Below the pieces are notes generated by a model. The model was not told the origin of the DNA. It was given only the letters and a program-made list of their open reading frames with translations, and did no database searches. Positions 42,291 through 51,899 of a stretch of 64,000 nucleotides of DNA are shown here, piece by piece (within the stretch, counting starts at the first letter, position 1; each line of letters begins with the position of its first letter). This stretch comes from a phage: NCBI GenBank assembly GCA_018995085.1, contig GCA_018995085.1_3936.1; one strand, 5' to 3'. The translations under genes were made by a program, and so were the position numbers.

Positions 42291-44840
42291 ATGGCAGATT
42301 ACAAATTGAGTCAGTTAAACTCAATCGACACAATTCGTTCAGAAGACCTATTGCACATCAGAGTTAAGAAAAGACCTGAAATGTTGGGTGACGAAGACCG
42401 TAGAATGACCTATCAAGACTTCTTAGCTTCCTTCAAACTAGAAAGGTTTGTTCAGATTGCTGGAAGTAATATGACTGGGGATTTAGGTATTGTCAAGTTA
42501 CTTTATGGTGGTAAGGCAGTATTTGACCCTACAGGTTCTTCTGAAATTACTATTGGGGATGTTTTAAAGACTTTTAAACTTAACGCAAATGGTCTTAAAC
42601 TAACTATTGCAGATGCTTCAAGGTCAGCAACTGTTTATCATACTCTGAATAAGCCAAGTCCTAATGAGCTTGGTATGAGAACTAATGAAGAGAATGATGC
42701 AAGATATGCAAGGCTTGCTGTTACAAACACATTCTCTGGAACTCAGAACATTCAAGGTGATGCTAACTTACTTCGTCTTAGAAACCAGAATGCAAATAAT
42801 GCGCAATATATTGAGGGTGTGAACTTAGATGGTTCAGCTAGATGGTGGGTTGGTATTGGTAGTAATGGCTCTGATGAAGTAAAACTGTACAATAACAAAT
42901 ACAACTCAGCTTTGACTATTGCAAGCAATATCTCTGTTAATAAGTCTTTAGCAATCACTGGGCAAGTTCAACCTTCAGATTTCTCTAACTTAGATGCTAG
43001 ATACTTCACTCAGACAGTTGCTAATCAGAGATTTGCACAGTTAGCTGGCAATAATACTTTTACAGGTGCTAACACATTTAGGACTATGAGTGTTATTTCA
43101 AATGCTGCTGCTATCACACTGCAATGTGCATCAGCAAACGAATCCCTGTATCTACTTGCAAAAGATTATGAAGGTGGAAACTTATGGTATCTTGGTAAAG
43201 GTAGTTCAGGTGCTGGTGTAACTATCTACAACTATACCACTAACACCTCTTTGGTCTTAGATGCTGCTGGAGTATCAGCAAATAAAAATGTCAGAATCAC
43301 TGGACAAGTTCAACCTTCAGATTGGGCTAACATTGACTCTAGATATATTCCGGCAGCAACATTAAGTACAATTGCAAGAACTAATGCAAGGAATACTTTT
43401 AATGGTGTACAGACAGTTGTTACGGATAATGAAGGTCTGATTGTTAAAAACTCTACTCAGAATAGACCATTATATATTCGTGGTGTGGACACTACTAATG
43501 TATCAAGATGGTGGATTGGTGTTGGTGGTGCTGATACGAATGATGTTACCCTAAATAACAGTTATTCTGGAACCCAATTGGTTCTCGGAAATACAACATC
43601 ATACATTAACAAAACATTGACTATTGCTGGACAAGTTCAACCTTCAGATTTCTCTAACTTAGATGCTAGATACTTTACGCAAAGTGCTAGTGATAGCAGA
43701 TACCTAAGAATCAGAAGTACTAGTTTTAATTTAGGAAACGGTGAAAAGTGGGCTAAAATCGCTACTGTTGTAATGCCACAATCAACATCTACGGCAGTCA
43801 TTGAGGTTTTTGGAGGTGCTGGTTTTAATGCGAATAACCCATACCAAGCAGGTAAGTGTGAAATTGTTTTACGAACGTCAAATAATAATCCAAAGGATTT
43901 AAATGCTGTAGCTTGGAGAACAGCAGATAATGCCCTCATCACGGATATTGGTTATATTAACACTTCTGGTGACACTTATGATATTTACTGTAAGGTTGGT
44001 GGCTACCAAAATTCTACGGTATCTAGGGTTCAATCTTCTAGTAATGCAAGTGTACAGTTGTTTGAAGTCCCGCAAACATTTGATGATGCTCCACAAGGTA
44101 TTGTGAAGGGTACAATTGCAAAATACTACACAAGTTTGCAAAAACCAACCCCTTCAGATATTGGTGCATACACTAAAGCAGAAACTGACCAGAAGATTGC
44201 AGAAGCAATTAGTGACTCTACAGACCTGAATAAAATCTATCCAGTAGGTATTGTGACGTGGTTTAACAGTAATGTCAACCCAAACACAGCACTTCCTGGG
44301 TTAACTTGGACGTACCTGAATAATGGTGTTGGTAGAACTATTAGAATTGCAGCAGCAAACGGTTCAGATGTTGCTACAACTGGTGGTTCAGACTCTGTAA
44401 CGTTGTCTGTTGGTAACTTACCTTCACACACGCACAGCTTCTCTGCTACTACTTCATCATTTGACTATGGTACTAAGACTTCTAGCACAACTGGTAACCA
44501 CAACCACAACAGAGGTACTATGGAGATTACTGGTTCATTTGGTTACTTCAGAAGTGACGCTAGTAGCTTCTACACAGCAAGTGGTGCATTCTACCTCGGT
44601 AGTCAGGCAGGTTCTAAAGGGTATACTGGTAACAACTTTACTAATGGTATCCCTGTCAACTTCAACGCATCAAGAAACTGGTCTGGTGTAACGAATACAA
44701 CAGGTAACCACAGCCACACTGTTGGTATTGGTGCTCACAGCCACACAGTTAGCGGTAACACAGGTGGTACTGGTTCTGGTTCAGCATTTAGTGTTACTAA
44801 CCAGTTCTACAAGTTAATGGCTTGGGTAAGAACTGCTTAA
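42291..44840 (+). CDS. long tail fibre protein with internal repeats and His-x-His C-terminal region
   Basis: 849 aa; triplicated GQVQPSD(F/W)(S/A)N(L/I)D(A/S)RY(F/I) segments; SHTHSF/HNHN/AHSHTV; C-terminus FSVTNQFYKLMAWVRTA. Confidence 0.65.
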   Translation: MADYKLSQLNSIDTIRSEDLLHIRVKKRPEMLGDEDRRMTYQDFLASFKLERFVQIAGSNMTGDLGIVKLLYGGKAVFDPTGSSEITIGDVLKTFKLNANGLKLTIADASRSATVYHTLNKPSPNELGMRTNEENDARYARLAVTNTFSGTQNIQGDANLLRLRNQNANNAQYIEGVNLDGSARWWVGIGSNGSDEVKLYNNKYNSALTIASNISVNKSLAITGQVQPSDFSNLDARYFTQTVANQRFAQLAGNNTFTGANTFRTMSVISNAAAITLQCASANESLYLLAKDYEGGNLWYLGKGSSGAGVTIYNYTTNTSLVLDAAGVSANKNVRITGQVQPSDWANIDSRYIPAATLSTIARTNARNTFNGVQTVVTDNEGLIVKNSTQNRPLYIRGVDTTNVSRWWIGVGGADTNDVTLNNSYSGTQLVLGNTTSYINKTLTIAGQVQPSDFSNLDARYFTQSASDSRYLRIRSTSFNLGNGEKWAKIATVVMPQSTSTAVIEVFGGAGFNANNPYQAGKCEIVLRTSNNNPKDLNAVAWRTADNALITDIGYINTSGDTYDIYCKVGGYQNSTVSRVQSSSNASVQLFEVPQTFDDAPQGIVKGTIAKYYTSLQKPTPSDIGAYTKAETDQKIAEAISDSTDLNKIYPVGIVTWFNSNVNPNTALPGLTWTYLNNGVGRTIRIAAANGSDVATTGGSDSVTLSVGNLPSHTHSFSATTSSFDYGTKTSSTTGNHNHNRGTMEITGSFGYFRSDASSFYTASGAFYLGSQAGSKGYTGNNFTNGIPVNFNASRNWSGVTNTTGNHSHTVGIGAHSHTVSGNTGGTGSGSAFSVTNQFYKLMAWVRTA

Positions 44841-44847
44841 TCCCTTG

Positions 44848-44877
44848 TTGACTGATTGTTAAGATGGTGTTAATATT
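44848..44877 (+). promoter_or_regulatory. sigma70-like promoter TTGACT-N17/18-TAATAT
   Basis: hexamers read directly upstream of 44920 gene. Confidence 0.45.
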
Positions 44878-44919
44878 CTTTATGGGTATTCTCACCATCT
44901 TGGCTGATGAGGTGATTAA

Positions 44920-45114
44920 ATGCCTACAATCCTAGCAATTCTTCTAAAAAATCTAGGTAGCTTCTTCTGGAAACTCATTTTATCCCTTCTAAGTGAATAC
45001 ATGATTGAGAAAGTGTTCTTTAAGCTTGCAAGATACCTTGCGAGTAAAACAGATACACCTATTGATGATGAGTTCGTAGATAACTTAGAAAAAGCTTTTA
45101 AGGGGGAGAAATAA
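44920..45114 (+). CDS. small membrane protein (holin-like candidate)
   Basis: 64 aa, hydrophobic N-terminal half. Confidence 0.35.
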   Translation: MPTILAILLKNLGSFFWKLILSLLSEYMIEKVFFKLARYLASKTDTPIDDEFVDNLEKAFKGEK

Positions 45115-45486
45115 ATGAAGTGGCTAGAGGAAGCTTTTAAAAATAATATTGGTGCAATTGTAGTTGGTATTTTTAGTGTTATCGGGATGTATACCACTAT
45201 GCAAGTTTCAAGTGGTAAGCAAGAAGTGTCTGTCACAACAAAGTTACAGCAGCTAGATAATTATTCCAAAAGTAACTATTCAGCTATTCGTGATTTACAG
45301 TCTGACATGAGACTGATTCAGCTAGGTATGGAGAACCAGAAAGTCCAGTTAGAGAATGTTAAGGGTGAGAATGCGAAACTTACCAAAACTCTTGATAAAT
45401 TCTCTGACAGTGTGAACAATCTGGCCCAATCAGTATCAGCCTTGCAAGCTATTACTGAAAAGAACACAAAGAATACTGAAAAATAA
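45115..45486 (+). CDS. membrane-anchored coiled-coil protein
   Basis: N-terminal TM helix (IGAIVVGIFSVIGMY) then coiled-coil. Confidence 0.4.
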   Translation: MKWLEEAFKNNIGAIVVGIFSVIGMYTTMQVSSGKQEVSVTTKLQQLDNYSKSNYSAIRDLQSDMRLIQLGMENQKVQLENVKGENAKLTKTLDKFSDSVNNLAQSVSALQAITEKNTKNTEK

Positions 45487-45494
45487 AATTTTAA

Positions 45495-45520
45495 GGCTCC
45501 CGTAAAAAGGAGCCTTTTTT
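45495..45520. terminator. bidirectional terminator (GGCTCC-cgtaaaaa-GGAGCC + TTTTTT)
   Basis: hairpin between convergent genes with T-run on plus strand and A-run upstream. Confidence 0.7.
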
Positions 45521-45524
45521 GTTT

Positions 45525-46424
45525 TTACTTACCTACTGACAGAGGTGCTTCAATCTTCCCTGCATGTTGGTAGTTGTTAATACCACCAATAAAATCACTT
45601 GCAGTAAGATGTTTCAGGTCACTTAAAGTATTAAGTGGTAGACCAATCTCAAAAGTTGGTGCATGGAACTCTTCATTGTTCATCAGTTCATAAACCTGCT
45701 TCATATGGTTCTGATAAATCTGAGTATCCCCAAAGACACCTATCAAGTACCGTGGAGTGTATCCAGTCATCTTACAAAGAACTTCTAAGATGAAGCCGTA
45801 AGACGCAATGTTAAATGGAAGTCCTAAAAAGGTGTCTACAGAACGCTGATACCATTGCAAATCCACTTCACCTTCATTAGTGATATAAATCTGAAACAGA
45901 ACATGACAAGGTGCTAAAGCCATTGAGTTTGCTGCAATATCTGCTGCATTCCAAGCATTAACAAGCATGTAACGGTCTGTGATATCACCCTTCATCTTTG
46001 TTACTAAGGTCTCTAGTTGGTCTACAACACAACCATTATGACCTTCAAAGTTTCTCCACTGAACCCCATAGATTCTCCCACCTGCATCATCTAACCAATC
46101 TTGTTCAGAAGAATAATTAGAGCTTAACCAGCGTTTAAAATCATCTGACCAGATAGTCCAGCGTTCCCCATCATTTTCACCCCAAGTACGGTAACGGAGT
46201 TCACCCAGCTTATTCTCACCATTCAGGAACCATAAAGCTTCCCCAATAACTTGCCGTGTAAACACCTGTTTAGATGTTAAGAGTGGGAAACCAGTCCTCA
46301 TATCAAAGCGAAACTTAGGTGGAGCAAATGCAGAGATAACATCTCCAGTTCGTGTAGTACGCAGTTCACCAACTGATAAAACATGGTTCAGGATATCTTT
46401 GTAACTTGTATCTGCTTGTGACAT
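45525..46424 (-). CDS. thyA: thymidylate synthase
   Basis: ThyA active-site region (ALAPCHVLFQ) and conserved C-terminal block; 299 aa. Confidence 0.9.
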   Translation of the reverse strand: MSQADTSYKDILNHVLSVGELRTTRTGDVISAFAPPKFRFDMRTGFPLLTSKQVFTRQVIGEALWFLNGENKLGELRYRTWGENDGERWTIWSDDFKRWLSSNYSSEQDWLDDAGGRIYGVQWRNFEGHNGCVVDQLETLVTKMKGDITDRYMLVNAWNAADIAANSMALAPCHVLFQIYITNEGEVDLQWYQRSVDTFLGLPFNIASYGFILEVLCKMTGYTPRYLIGVFGDTQIYQNHMKQVYELMNNEEFHAPTFEIGLPLNTLSDLKHLTASDFIGGINNYQHAGKIEAPLSVGK

Positions 46425-46425
46425 A

Positions 46426-46971
46426 TCAAAAGTGTCCTTTTACTTGTGGAACATAAATTTCAAAGGTTGCTTTACCATCCTCTGATGGTTTTGACTGTAC
46501 CTTTGTAAATACACTGTTATCATACAGCTTCTCAAAGAAGTTTTCAAAAGGTAAATACACAGTGGCCTCTTCAGTAACTTTATGGAAAACTGTATGGAAA
46601 ACTACACCAGCATATGGTAAAGCATTGACAAGGACACCTGCACCACCAATTACAAAGACATCTTCATCAATAGAGCTATCGAGATACTTCAAAAATGCTC
46701 CAAAGGATTCTTTGCTGGCCTTAGCATACATTACCTCATCTTTGCCAAAGTCTATGCCTAAGTATGGTACAGAATTTGTTAAGATGAGGTTTGCACGTTC
46801 TGGTAAAGGTTTACTACCCAGAGTCTTGAAAGTCTCATTACCCATCACTACTAAGTTGTTTTTAGTGATTCTCTTAAACTCTTTCATATCCTGTTTATGT
46901 CGAGGCCACGGCATACCAGTTGGAGTACCAAACTCCCCATTTTCACCACTTGCAAAGATTAATTTAATCAT
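46426..46971 (-). CDS. folA: dihydrofolate reductase
   Basis: DHFR N-terminal pattern (IFA.GENG..G.P.GMPW) and VMG..TF; adjacent to thyA. Confidence 0.85.
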   Translation of the reverse strand: MIKLIFASGENGEFGTPTGMPWPRHKQDMKEFKRITKNNLVVMGNETFKTLGSKPLPERANLILTNSVPYLGIDFGKDEVMYAKASKESFGAFLKYLDSSIDEDVFVIGGAGVLVNALPYAGVVFHTVFHKVTEEATVYLPFENFFEKLYDNSVFTKVQSKPSEDGKATFEIYVPQVKGHF

Positions 46972-47228
46972 TTTGTAAATCCTTTCTTAATGAACCAGTT
47001 GATAACATTCTTCACAGCTTTATTGCTATGGTAGATTAAGTGTGGTGTAGGTTGGTATGAACCATAAGCCCAGAAAGCAATGATTTCATTACACCCTGTA
47101 CACCTTGTACTCTCTTCAGCGATATGACCGTTGACTATTTCACTTACCTCACCTTGCAAGTCTGTACATCCACAATGTGGACATCGGATAGGTGTTCCAT
47201 CAGACTCATAGCAGTATTCAATTTTCAT
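46968..47228 (-). CDS. small zinc-finger-like protein
   Basis: CPHCGC..CTGC cysteine pairs. Confidence 0.45.
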   Translation of the reverse strand: MKIEYCYESDGTPIRCPHCGCTDLQGEVSEIVNGHIAEESTRCTGCNEIIAFWAYGSYQPTPHLIYHSNKAVKNVINWFIKKGFTK

Positions 47229-47744
47229 TTATTTAACCTCAAAAACTGGTTCAAGAACCAATATAAAGTCTACACAGTCATCTTCTTCATCCAGAATACC
47301 ATCAAAGTTCTTAGGAACGAAGTCGAAGAGGCTCATCACAAAACAGTCAGAAGTAACCTTTATAGTTCCTCCCATGTTCTCTACAGTTAACACTGTACGA
47401 CTTTCTTTTACCTCCCTCAGAAGATTACCCACAAAGTCATCTAAGAAGTACTTCATCAATGGCTTAAAACCTTTAGGATAATCTGTGCCAGAGTATGTTT
47501 CAATCTGAGGCACAAGCTTAACATTTATACTAGTCTTTGTTAAGAACGTGTTAGAGAACATGCTATCAGGTAACTTACAAACAGTCTTTCCAGTATCTTC
47601 ATGTTCAATCTCAACAAAACCAGCTTCGTCGCCACATGTGACTATTTTAAAAGATGCTTCATTATCACCCTGTGAAGCCATAAACTTTTTAAGCATCGTT
47701 TTAAGGAAATCTGCATGAGCATCTTGTAAGTAGATATCAATCAT
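47229..47744 (-). CDS. hypothetical protein
   Basis: ORF track. Confidence 0.55.
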   Translation of the reverse strand: MIDIYLQDAHADFLKTMLKKFMASQGDNEASFKIVTCGDEAGFVEIEHEDTGKTVCKLPDSMFSNTFLTKTSINVKLVPQIETYSGTDYPKGFKPLMKYFLDDFVGNLLREVKESRTVLTVENMGGTIKVTSDCFVMSLFDFVPKNFDGILDEEDDCVDFILVLEPVFEVK

Positions 47745-47757
47745 AGTTAATCACCTA

Positions 47758-48117
47758 TTATGGGAACAGACACTTAATGTCGTCGTTTTTGAAAACAAAA
47801 CTCGTGTAGTTATGACCGTCAACATCCAGCCAAACAGCCTGAACATCTACACCATCAAGATTCTGGTAAAGCTCTTTGATGAAGTGGTCTTTCACAATCT
47901 GACTGCTAGTTGTTTCCAGCTTAATGTTCGAGATTGCTGAACCTACAGCCATATAGCCCATGACACGTTTCTTCTCAGTATGCTTAATCTTACCATCTTT
48001 GTAAGCCATAATGAGATTGGAGAGAATCTTCACACCATAATACTTTTCAAGGTGAGTAGGTACACCATAAAAGCCTAATGCGAAGTTTTCAGAGTGGATA
48101 ATGTTTTCACGTTTCAT
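47758..48117 (-). CDS. hypothetical protein
   Basis: ORF track. Confidence 0.5.
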   Translation of the reverse strand: MKRENIIHSENFALGFYGVPTHLEKYYGVKILSNLIMAYKDGKIKHTEKKRVMGYMAVGSAISNIKLETTSSQIVKDHFIKELYQNLDGVDVQAVWLDVDGHNYTSFVFKNDDIKCLFP

Positions 48118-48118
48118 A

Positions 48119-48448
48119 TTAATCTGCCAGCCTTAAATTGAAATTAACACCAAATTTTTCACATACTTCCAACATATACTCAAGGGAGACATTACCAGTG
48201 AGGTGGATTATGTTGGATACGCGAGCCTGAGAGATACCACAAATTTTAGCAACTTGCTCTTGAGAAAGACCTCTGGATTTAATCTCTTTCTTAAAACGGT
48301 GTGCAACGAAATCTCTCATTTCGTCTACATCCATTGGACAAACATAACTCTCCATTTCAGCCTCTCTGTCAGCCTCCCAATCATCTTGTGGAGCATAAGG
48401 GTCAAAAACTTCATTCATCTTTCTTCTTCCGTTTACGTGAAGTGTCAA
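48119..48448 (-). CDS. putative helix-turn-helix DNA-binding protein
   Basis: GLSQEQVAKICGISQARVSNI resembles an XRE-type HTH. Confidence 0.45.
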   Translation of the reverse strand: MTLHVNGRRKMNEVFDPYAPQDDWEADREAEMESYVCPMDVDEMRDFVAHRFKKEIKSRGLSQEQVAKICGISQARVSNIIHLTGNVSLEYMLEVCEKFGVNFNLRLAD

Positions 48449-48623
48449 TTAATGAATCTATGTTTGTAGCCCTAACCTTTTCACGTTCATCGTTAAGATA
48501 ATCATCAAGAGCCTTTTCAATCTGTGAATCATCTTGACAGATGACTGTAAATACTGTAAAGCCGTCTGTATCATCGACTATCTTACCATAACCGCTTCTG
48601 GGATGTAACTTTTTAAGAGCCAT
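48411..48623 (-). CDS. hypothetical small protein
   Basis: ORF track. Confidence 0.4.
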   Translation of the reverse strand: MALKKLHPRSGYGKIVDDTDGFTVFTVICQDDSQIEKALDDYLNDEREKVRATNIDSLIDTSRKRKKKDE

Positions 48624-48624
48624 A

Positions 48625-49008
48625 TCAAATACCTGTGCAGCTTCTGTTTTCTAAGAAATACTCAACACCATACATAGCTTTTTGCATCAAATCTTCTTTA
48701 AACTGGATACGGTGGTTGAGCATCGCCTGTACATCAATATCGTCATGGTGTTTCTCTTTAATGTTTGCAGATTGCAGGAAATACTCTGCAAGAACACGAT
48801 ACTGATAGTCAGTTACCTTATCAGTCATCTCTGTCAAAGATTCTTCAGAGATTGGTTTAAGTAACTCACCTTTAGATAGCGCAACACCTTTTACAATCTG
48901 GCAAGTATCTTCTGGAACACCTGATAAGTCCACATTTGGAAGTTCTGTTGCATTGACTGGTAAGTTCATTGCCATAACCATTGCAGCAGCTAATAAAACC
49001 TTTTTCAT
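48625..49008 (-). CDS. secreted/periplasmic protein with signal peptide
   Basis: N-terminus MKKVLLAAAMVMAMNLPVNA is a typical Sec signal. Confidence 0.55.
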   Translation of the reverse strand: MKKVLLAAAMVMAMNLPVNATELPNVDLSGVPEDTCQIVKGVALSKGELLKPISEESLTEMTDKVTDYQYRVLAEYFLQSANIKEKHHDDIDVQAMLNHRIQFKEDLMQKAMYGVEYFLENRSCTGI

Positions 49009-49256
49009 AATGACCTCAAAGTTATATTAAATTTTGTATTACATTGAGTATAAAAATAAGCTATAACACCTGACTTGTCAACAGATTTTATAGCTTATTT
49101 GGCAGATTTTTTATAAGGCTACTGCCATCCTTCCATACCAGACTACACCATGCCAGACCAGACTTCACATCGCCTTACCGTGCAATACATCACTTAAAAA
49201 CCCTTTTCAAAGACTCTTAAGTGATGCTGGTGAGTACCCGTTGGTTTATGCTGCTC

Positions 49257-49284
49257 AGTATACTCACCAAATTTTCTATGTCAA
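49257..49284 (-). promoter_or_regulatory. sigma70-like promoter on minus strand (TTGACA-N16-TATACT)
   Basis: reverse complement of 49257-49284 reads TTGACATAG..TATACT. Confidence 0.55.
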
Positions 49285-49441
49285 CAACTTTTTATATAAA
49301 AGTCCTGATAGCTATATGTGTTACAAAACAGAAGATTGTGAACAAGACACCCATTGCAAAGGATGTGTTCAAAAGTTTACTTGTGATGTAAGACAATACA
49401 AAGACAACTAATGCAAACAGAATGATTGTGCTTAACATAGT

Positions 49442-50578
49442 TTACTCATAATCCCTAATAACTAGCCCGACAGGGAACTGTAAAGAACCCTTACGAGTCA
49501 TCTTCTGGAACTGAACCGTTAAAGGCTTCCCGATGAACTCTTCAGGATGTTCAGCAAGATACTGTTTCTTCTCGTGTGTAGTTTTCCATGAGACATCTAC
49601 AAAGACGTTAGGAAGAGTCTCTACAACGAACTTACCATGACCACGTTTATCAGTCTTTACCCCAGTCACTTTAAACTCTTCAGTGTGCATCTTCTTGTGT
49701 TTAATCAAGAAGTATGAACGGTGACCACACTCGTAGAAAGATTCTTCAGAGATTGAACGGTACATTGCACCTTCAAACTTAGCTTCAACCCACTTATCAT
49801 GAGCTTCATCAAACTCTTCCCAAGAGTTTACACGACGGGATTTAACAGGAACAACTTTACAGCCGTCTCTAAAGTCATTCAATGGTGAAGTCTCAATAAT
49901 ATCTCTACGCTCAGGCCACGTCTTAGTACTGTCACAGATATCATACCAGTAAAACTTGAGTAGATGTCGGTCAGGATTGTCTTCATTTTTAATCATGGAG
50001 ACAATATCTTCTAAGTCCAACCCATGAGCATAAACCTCCCCGTCAAACTCATCAACGTCTGCATGGAGTCTTAACATAGTCATAATGTCAGGTGTTAGCT
50101 CAGTAGGTATTTTATAAACAGTATTCTCACGAGAATAAGCCGTGAAACTAACTGAATCATCACCTCTTGAAATTCTACAACGGACACCATCAAGTTTTGG
50201 TTGAGCATCAGCAGGGAACTTCAGATACTTTGCATGGCTAACCTTTGCAGCATCATGAGCAAGCTGTACACCTACCTTCTCAGTATTCTGTGCAGACTCT
50301 TTTGTGTAAGCGTAACCTTTACGGTCTACTTGTTTCTTATACTTAGCAGAAACTTCAAAGAGAGCTTGCTGTTCAGCGTTACGCTCATTCTTTTTACCGA
50401 TGTTTTTAGGTTCTGCTGTATACTCTTCAAACATCATCTTGCCATTTTCTTTACCGTAGGTTGTAATAACTTTGTCACCTACAGCAACACATGACCAGAT
50501 GTTAAAAGAGCCATCTTTATTTTGTTTGTACAGTATTGTCATTTTATTCCTCTGAGTGATACCAAGTATTGCAAGCAT
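49442..50578 (-). CDS. ATP-dependent DNA ligase
   Basis: KxDG adenylation motif (PKLDGVRC); 378 aa; start may be internal Met near 50542. Confidence 0.8.
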   Translation of the reverse strand: MLAILGITQRNKMTILYKQNKDGSFNIWSCVAVGDKVITTYGKENGKMMFEEYTAEPKNIGKKNERNAEQQALFEVSAKYKKQVDRKGYAYTKESAQNTEKVGVQLAHDAAKVSHAKYLKFPADAQPKLDGVRCRISRGDDSVSFTAYSRENTVYKIPTELTPDIMTMLRLHADVDEFDGEVYAHGLDLEDIVSMIKNEDNPDRHLLKFYWYDICDSTKTWPERRDIIETSPLNDFRDGCKVVPVKSRRVNSWEEFDEAHDKWVEAKFEGAMYRSISEESFYECGHRSYFLIKHKKMHTEEFKVTGVKTDKRGHGKFVVETLPNVFVDVSWKTTHEKKQYLAEHPEEFIGKPLTVQFQKMTRKGSLQFPVGLVIRDYE

Positions 50579-50735
50579 TACATGCGTAAAGCTCTAAGTC
50601 GTTTTTATCTGGTTTATGAAAACAGTTCGCTCCGCAGTGGCAACGAAACGGCTTTCCACCAACTGTCAGGATGAAGGATTGAACCTTTCCATCAGGAGTT
50701 CGTACAGCATTTTTATGTTTATCTTCTTTGTTCAT
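50544..50735 (-). CDS. small zinc-ribbon protein (paralog A)
   Basis: FRCHCGANCFHKPD..YACNAC; paralog of 51060..51263. Confidence 0.55.
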   Translation of the reverse strand: MNKEDKHKNAVRTPDGKVQSFILTVGGKPFRCHCGANCFHKPDKNDLELYACNACNTWYHSEE

Positions 50736-50808
50736 TTTATCTCTTGTCTCACAAGCTATGCAACCTTTTGAGTAGAAGTAGTGCCAAGCACAACCATCAA
50801 AGCTCTCT

Positions 50809-51063
50809 TTAGTGATTAATTGAATTTACTAATTCCATGTGTTTTTCGTAGAAACATAAACATTTTTTATCTTGCTCATTTATGTAGCTCTCATAAAATT
50901 CTGGTGATTCTGGTCTTTCACCAAATGAAATAACCTTTAGGTAGTACTTCCCATATGTGGAGCTATCTAACCAAGAGTCAAATAGTAATTTCTTAGTATT
51001 AGTCTTTGGAGGGATTACCAAACTTTTCTCATACAATTCCTTCATTTCTTGAGTTATCTTCAT
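50809..51063 (-). CDS. hypothetical protein
   Basis: ORF track. Confidence 0.5.
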   Translation of the reverse strand: MKITQEMKELYEKSLVIPPKTNTKKLLFDSWLDSSTYGKYYLKVISFGERPESPEFYESYINEQDKKCLCFYEKHMELVNSINH

Positions 51064-51263
51064 TGCATATCCTTAATCTTACCTAAGAACCTTACCCCGC
51101 AGTTATTACACTCGTATATGTCTAACTTTGTGTTATCAGGTTTGTGAAAACAGTTTGACCCACAACGACACCGGAATAGTTTACCATCAACACGAAGAAT
51201 GAACGTCTCAAGCTCACCCTCTTCTGTAAGAACTGCGTTCTTCAATTTATCTCCTACAGTCAT
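51060..51263 (-). CDS. small zinc-ribbon protein (paralog B)
   Basis: FRCRCGSNCFHKPD..YECNNC. Confidence 0.55.
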   Translation of the reverse strand: MTVGDKLKNAVLTEEGELETFILRVDGKLFRCRCGSNCFHKPDNTKLDIYECNNCGVRFLGKIKDMQ

Positions 51264-51565
51264 TTTCTTTTACCACCAATCTCTACGTCGATAACTTGAA
51301 CATCACCAGCAACATCAAACTTATGAATGATACTTTCCACAGTGTAAGTCCAACCCTCAATGCGAACCAATTCACCTTCTCGTGGGACGATTGGGTTACG
51401 TTGAGCTACGGTTGTAGTGGAGTGAACAACATCATAACAATAGGTATAGTTGACTAGGACTTCCATCGTAAAAACCTCACTCAATAACCGTAGTGTGTGA
51501 TTGACTATTTTTACCATATCTATAAGATGTTGTTGTTTGAGAGTTTGGACATCTGACAACAACAA
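51260..51565 (-). CDS. hypothetical protein
   Basis: ORF track; start may be internal Met near 51466. Confidence 0.45.
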   Translation of the reverse strand: MLLSDVQTLKQQHLIDMVKIVNHTLRLLSEVFTMEVLVNYTYCYDVVHSTTTVAQRNPIVPREGELVRIEGWTYTVESIIHKFDVAGDVQVIDVEIGGKRK

Positions 51566-51737
51566 TATCTGTGCTTATTGCATCCCCATTTAACTTATAG
51601 ACTTTGCAATCTTGCATCTCTGGTGGGAGGCTATAAGAAGCATTTTTGTCCTCGTAAGATGGATTACAGCCAGATATAAAGATAACACCAAGCACAATTA
51701 CTGCTTTCCACATAATACTTCTCCTATTACTGTTCAC
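51477..51737 (-). CDS. putative lipoprotein
   Basis: signal peptide with lipobox ISGC (MWKAVIVLGVIFISGC); small Cys-containing mature protein. Confidence 0.5.
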   Translation of the reverse strand: MNSNRRSIMWKAVIVLGVIFISGCNPSYEDKNASYSLPPEMQDCKVYKLNGDAISTDIVVVRCPNSQTTTSYRYGKNSQSHTTVIE

Positions 51738-51899
51738 GATGTTCTACTTCTCTGTACGTTCGTCGATAGTCTATAATAAGTTGTGCTAATTCGTTGCTTT
51801 TAACATTCGAACGTAGCAGTTGCCAATCAAAACCTTTACCGACTCTTCCATATAAACTAAATAATTTTACTTTGCGTTTCATTTTGGTATCCCCAATAC

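Noticed and set aside
49200-49430. Roughly 58-aa plus-strand reading frame in the gap upstream of the ligase gene
   Set aside because: Below reporting size, opposite to the surrounding operon, and the region reads better as a minus-strand promoter.
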